Positions 54,822 through 54,822 of a stretch of DNA of 54,822 nt are shown here, piece after piece. Origin of the DNA: Thermoplasmatota archaeon (GTDB lineage: Archaea; Thermoplasmatota; Penumbrarchaeia; Penumbrarchaeales; Penumbrarchaeaceae); the NCBI GenBank assembly GCA_029762535.1, contig JARVGK010000020.1, positions 1 to 54,822 of the forward strand, given 5' to 3'. Both the position numbers and the translations under genes were made by a program. Every line of letters starts with the position of its first letter. The stretch's first letter is position 1. Below the pieces are notes generated by a model. That model made no database searches, was not told where the DNA came from, and was given only the letters and a program-made list of their open reading frames with translations.

Positions 54822-54822
54822 C

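Noticed and set aside
1-54822. Transposase, integrase, rRNA or cas genes
   Set aside because: No ORF or sequence with the relevant motifs was seen in this window.

Overview
Archaeal chromosomal window with moderately high GC. The gene set (fibrillarin, RpoE1/Spt4/RpoP/RpoK, eL43, eS24, eS31, TiaS, Taw3, CTP-dependent riboflavin kinase, proteasome alpha) and gene order suggest a Thermoplasmatota-like euryarchaeon; that assignment is inference. Most of the window is housekeeping, with two tRNAs: Arg-CCG on the minus strand and Ser-GCT on the plus strand. Five things stand out. (1) tRNA-Arg is followed by a tandem array of structured 141-bp units, each ending in a copy of the tRNA's 18-bp 3' end, and is preceded by a duplicate of its 5' part. 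(2) An AT-rich PIN toxin plus small-ORF module sits between two diverged copies of a [CoA-disulfide reductase/rhodanese gene + fibrillarin 5' end] unit; one copy has collapsed through two microhomology-bounded deletions. (3) A polyphosphate locus comprises ppk1, a CHAD-metallophosphoesterase-HD triple fusion and a two-domain PPK2. (4) A second deoxyhypusine-synthase paralogue is operonic with arginine decarboxylase. (5) The archaeal exosome superoperon lacks rrp4/rrp41/rrp42. All product calls come from motif recognition by eye; no database searches were run.
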